This document shows positions 63,441 through 64,000 of a stretch of DNA of 64,000 nt, piece by piece. Source of the DNA: Octopus sinensis (Eukaryota). The notes under the pieces were generated by a model. That model saw nothing but the letters and a program-made list of their open reading frames with translations, did not search any database and had not been told where the DNA came from. The stretch spans positions 111,166,001-111,230,000 of the forward strand of contig NC_043001.1 of assembly GCF_006345805.1 (NCBI RefSeq). The letters run 5' to 3'. The position numbers and the translations under genes were made by a program. Each line of letters begins with the position of its first letter. Positions within the stretch are counted from its first letter, which is position 1.

Positions 63441-64000
63441 ACAAGCAGGAGAAAGAACGATAGCACACTACAACGGTAAGCAGTACAAAACATGATACGT
63501 GGAGCCTTCGCACCCAATTCAGTTGGAGTCGGGAATGTCAACGTAGTTTCACCCAATCTTCTCAGATACTACTAGAAACCAGTTAGGTCAAGGGTTTAAG
63601 CTGAAGGCATTAAGCCCCTGAGCAAAGTACGTTAATGTACATATACAAACACAACAAAATAACAAACAGGAAGTGTCTTTCGACTATCGGACGGATGTAA
63701 CATAATAAATAAGAATTATACATATAGAATGGATAAAATCTTTTTCGGCTATACAAAGAAAACTAAAACTAAACAAAAGCAACGGGTTTATGGAGATCTA
63801 TGTAGTAACAGTACTGAATAGTAAAGTTTATATGCAAAGATAACGTAGAAGTCCTGAATAGGACTATCTTATTATTTTTAACCCGTTACGTTGGCAAATA
63901 AGCTTTACTATACATATATATATATATTATATTAAATTAGAGATAAAACTACTAATCTTTTATTAAACTTTTAATAATTTTGATATATATTTAAAATAAT

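Overview
AT-rich, microsatellite-dense eukaryotic non-genic (intergenic or intronic) DNA. The SINE and repeat signature looks cephalopod (Octopus-like); this is recalled from family knowledge, not from a search. No host protein-coding gene, rRNA, true tRNA gene or CRISPR array could be supported. Most short ORFs in the track are translations of (TA)n, (TG)n, (GATA)n, (TAA)n or (GAA)n repeats. The real coding remnants are all transposons: a CR1-group LINE (APE+RT, 25.5-28.2 kb), a Penelope-like element of Neptune type (RT+GIY-YIG, 808-codon open frame, 28.7-32.1 kb, minus), a GC-rich RTE 3' fragment (40.7-41.7 kb), three R4/Dong-type RLE LINE copies (one young, inside (TAA)n), and Tc1/mariner relics and MITEs. 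There are also two Helentron-type non-autonomous elements and at least three tRNA-derived SINE families with swapped modules. The main unexplained structure is a set of small non-coding inserts in (TA)n tracts that carry minimal type I hammerhead ribozyme (HHR) motifs and 5'-inverted fold-back arms. The best case is a ~472-nt-period, 1.5-mer retrozyme-like element at 48533-49366 with an intact hammerhead at 49055-49100. A decayed HHR in the 3' end of the autonomous Penelope-like element suggests that element class as the mobiliser.
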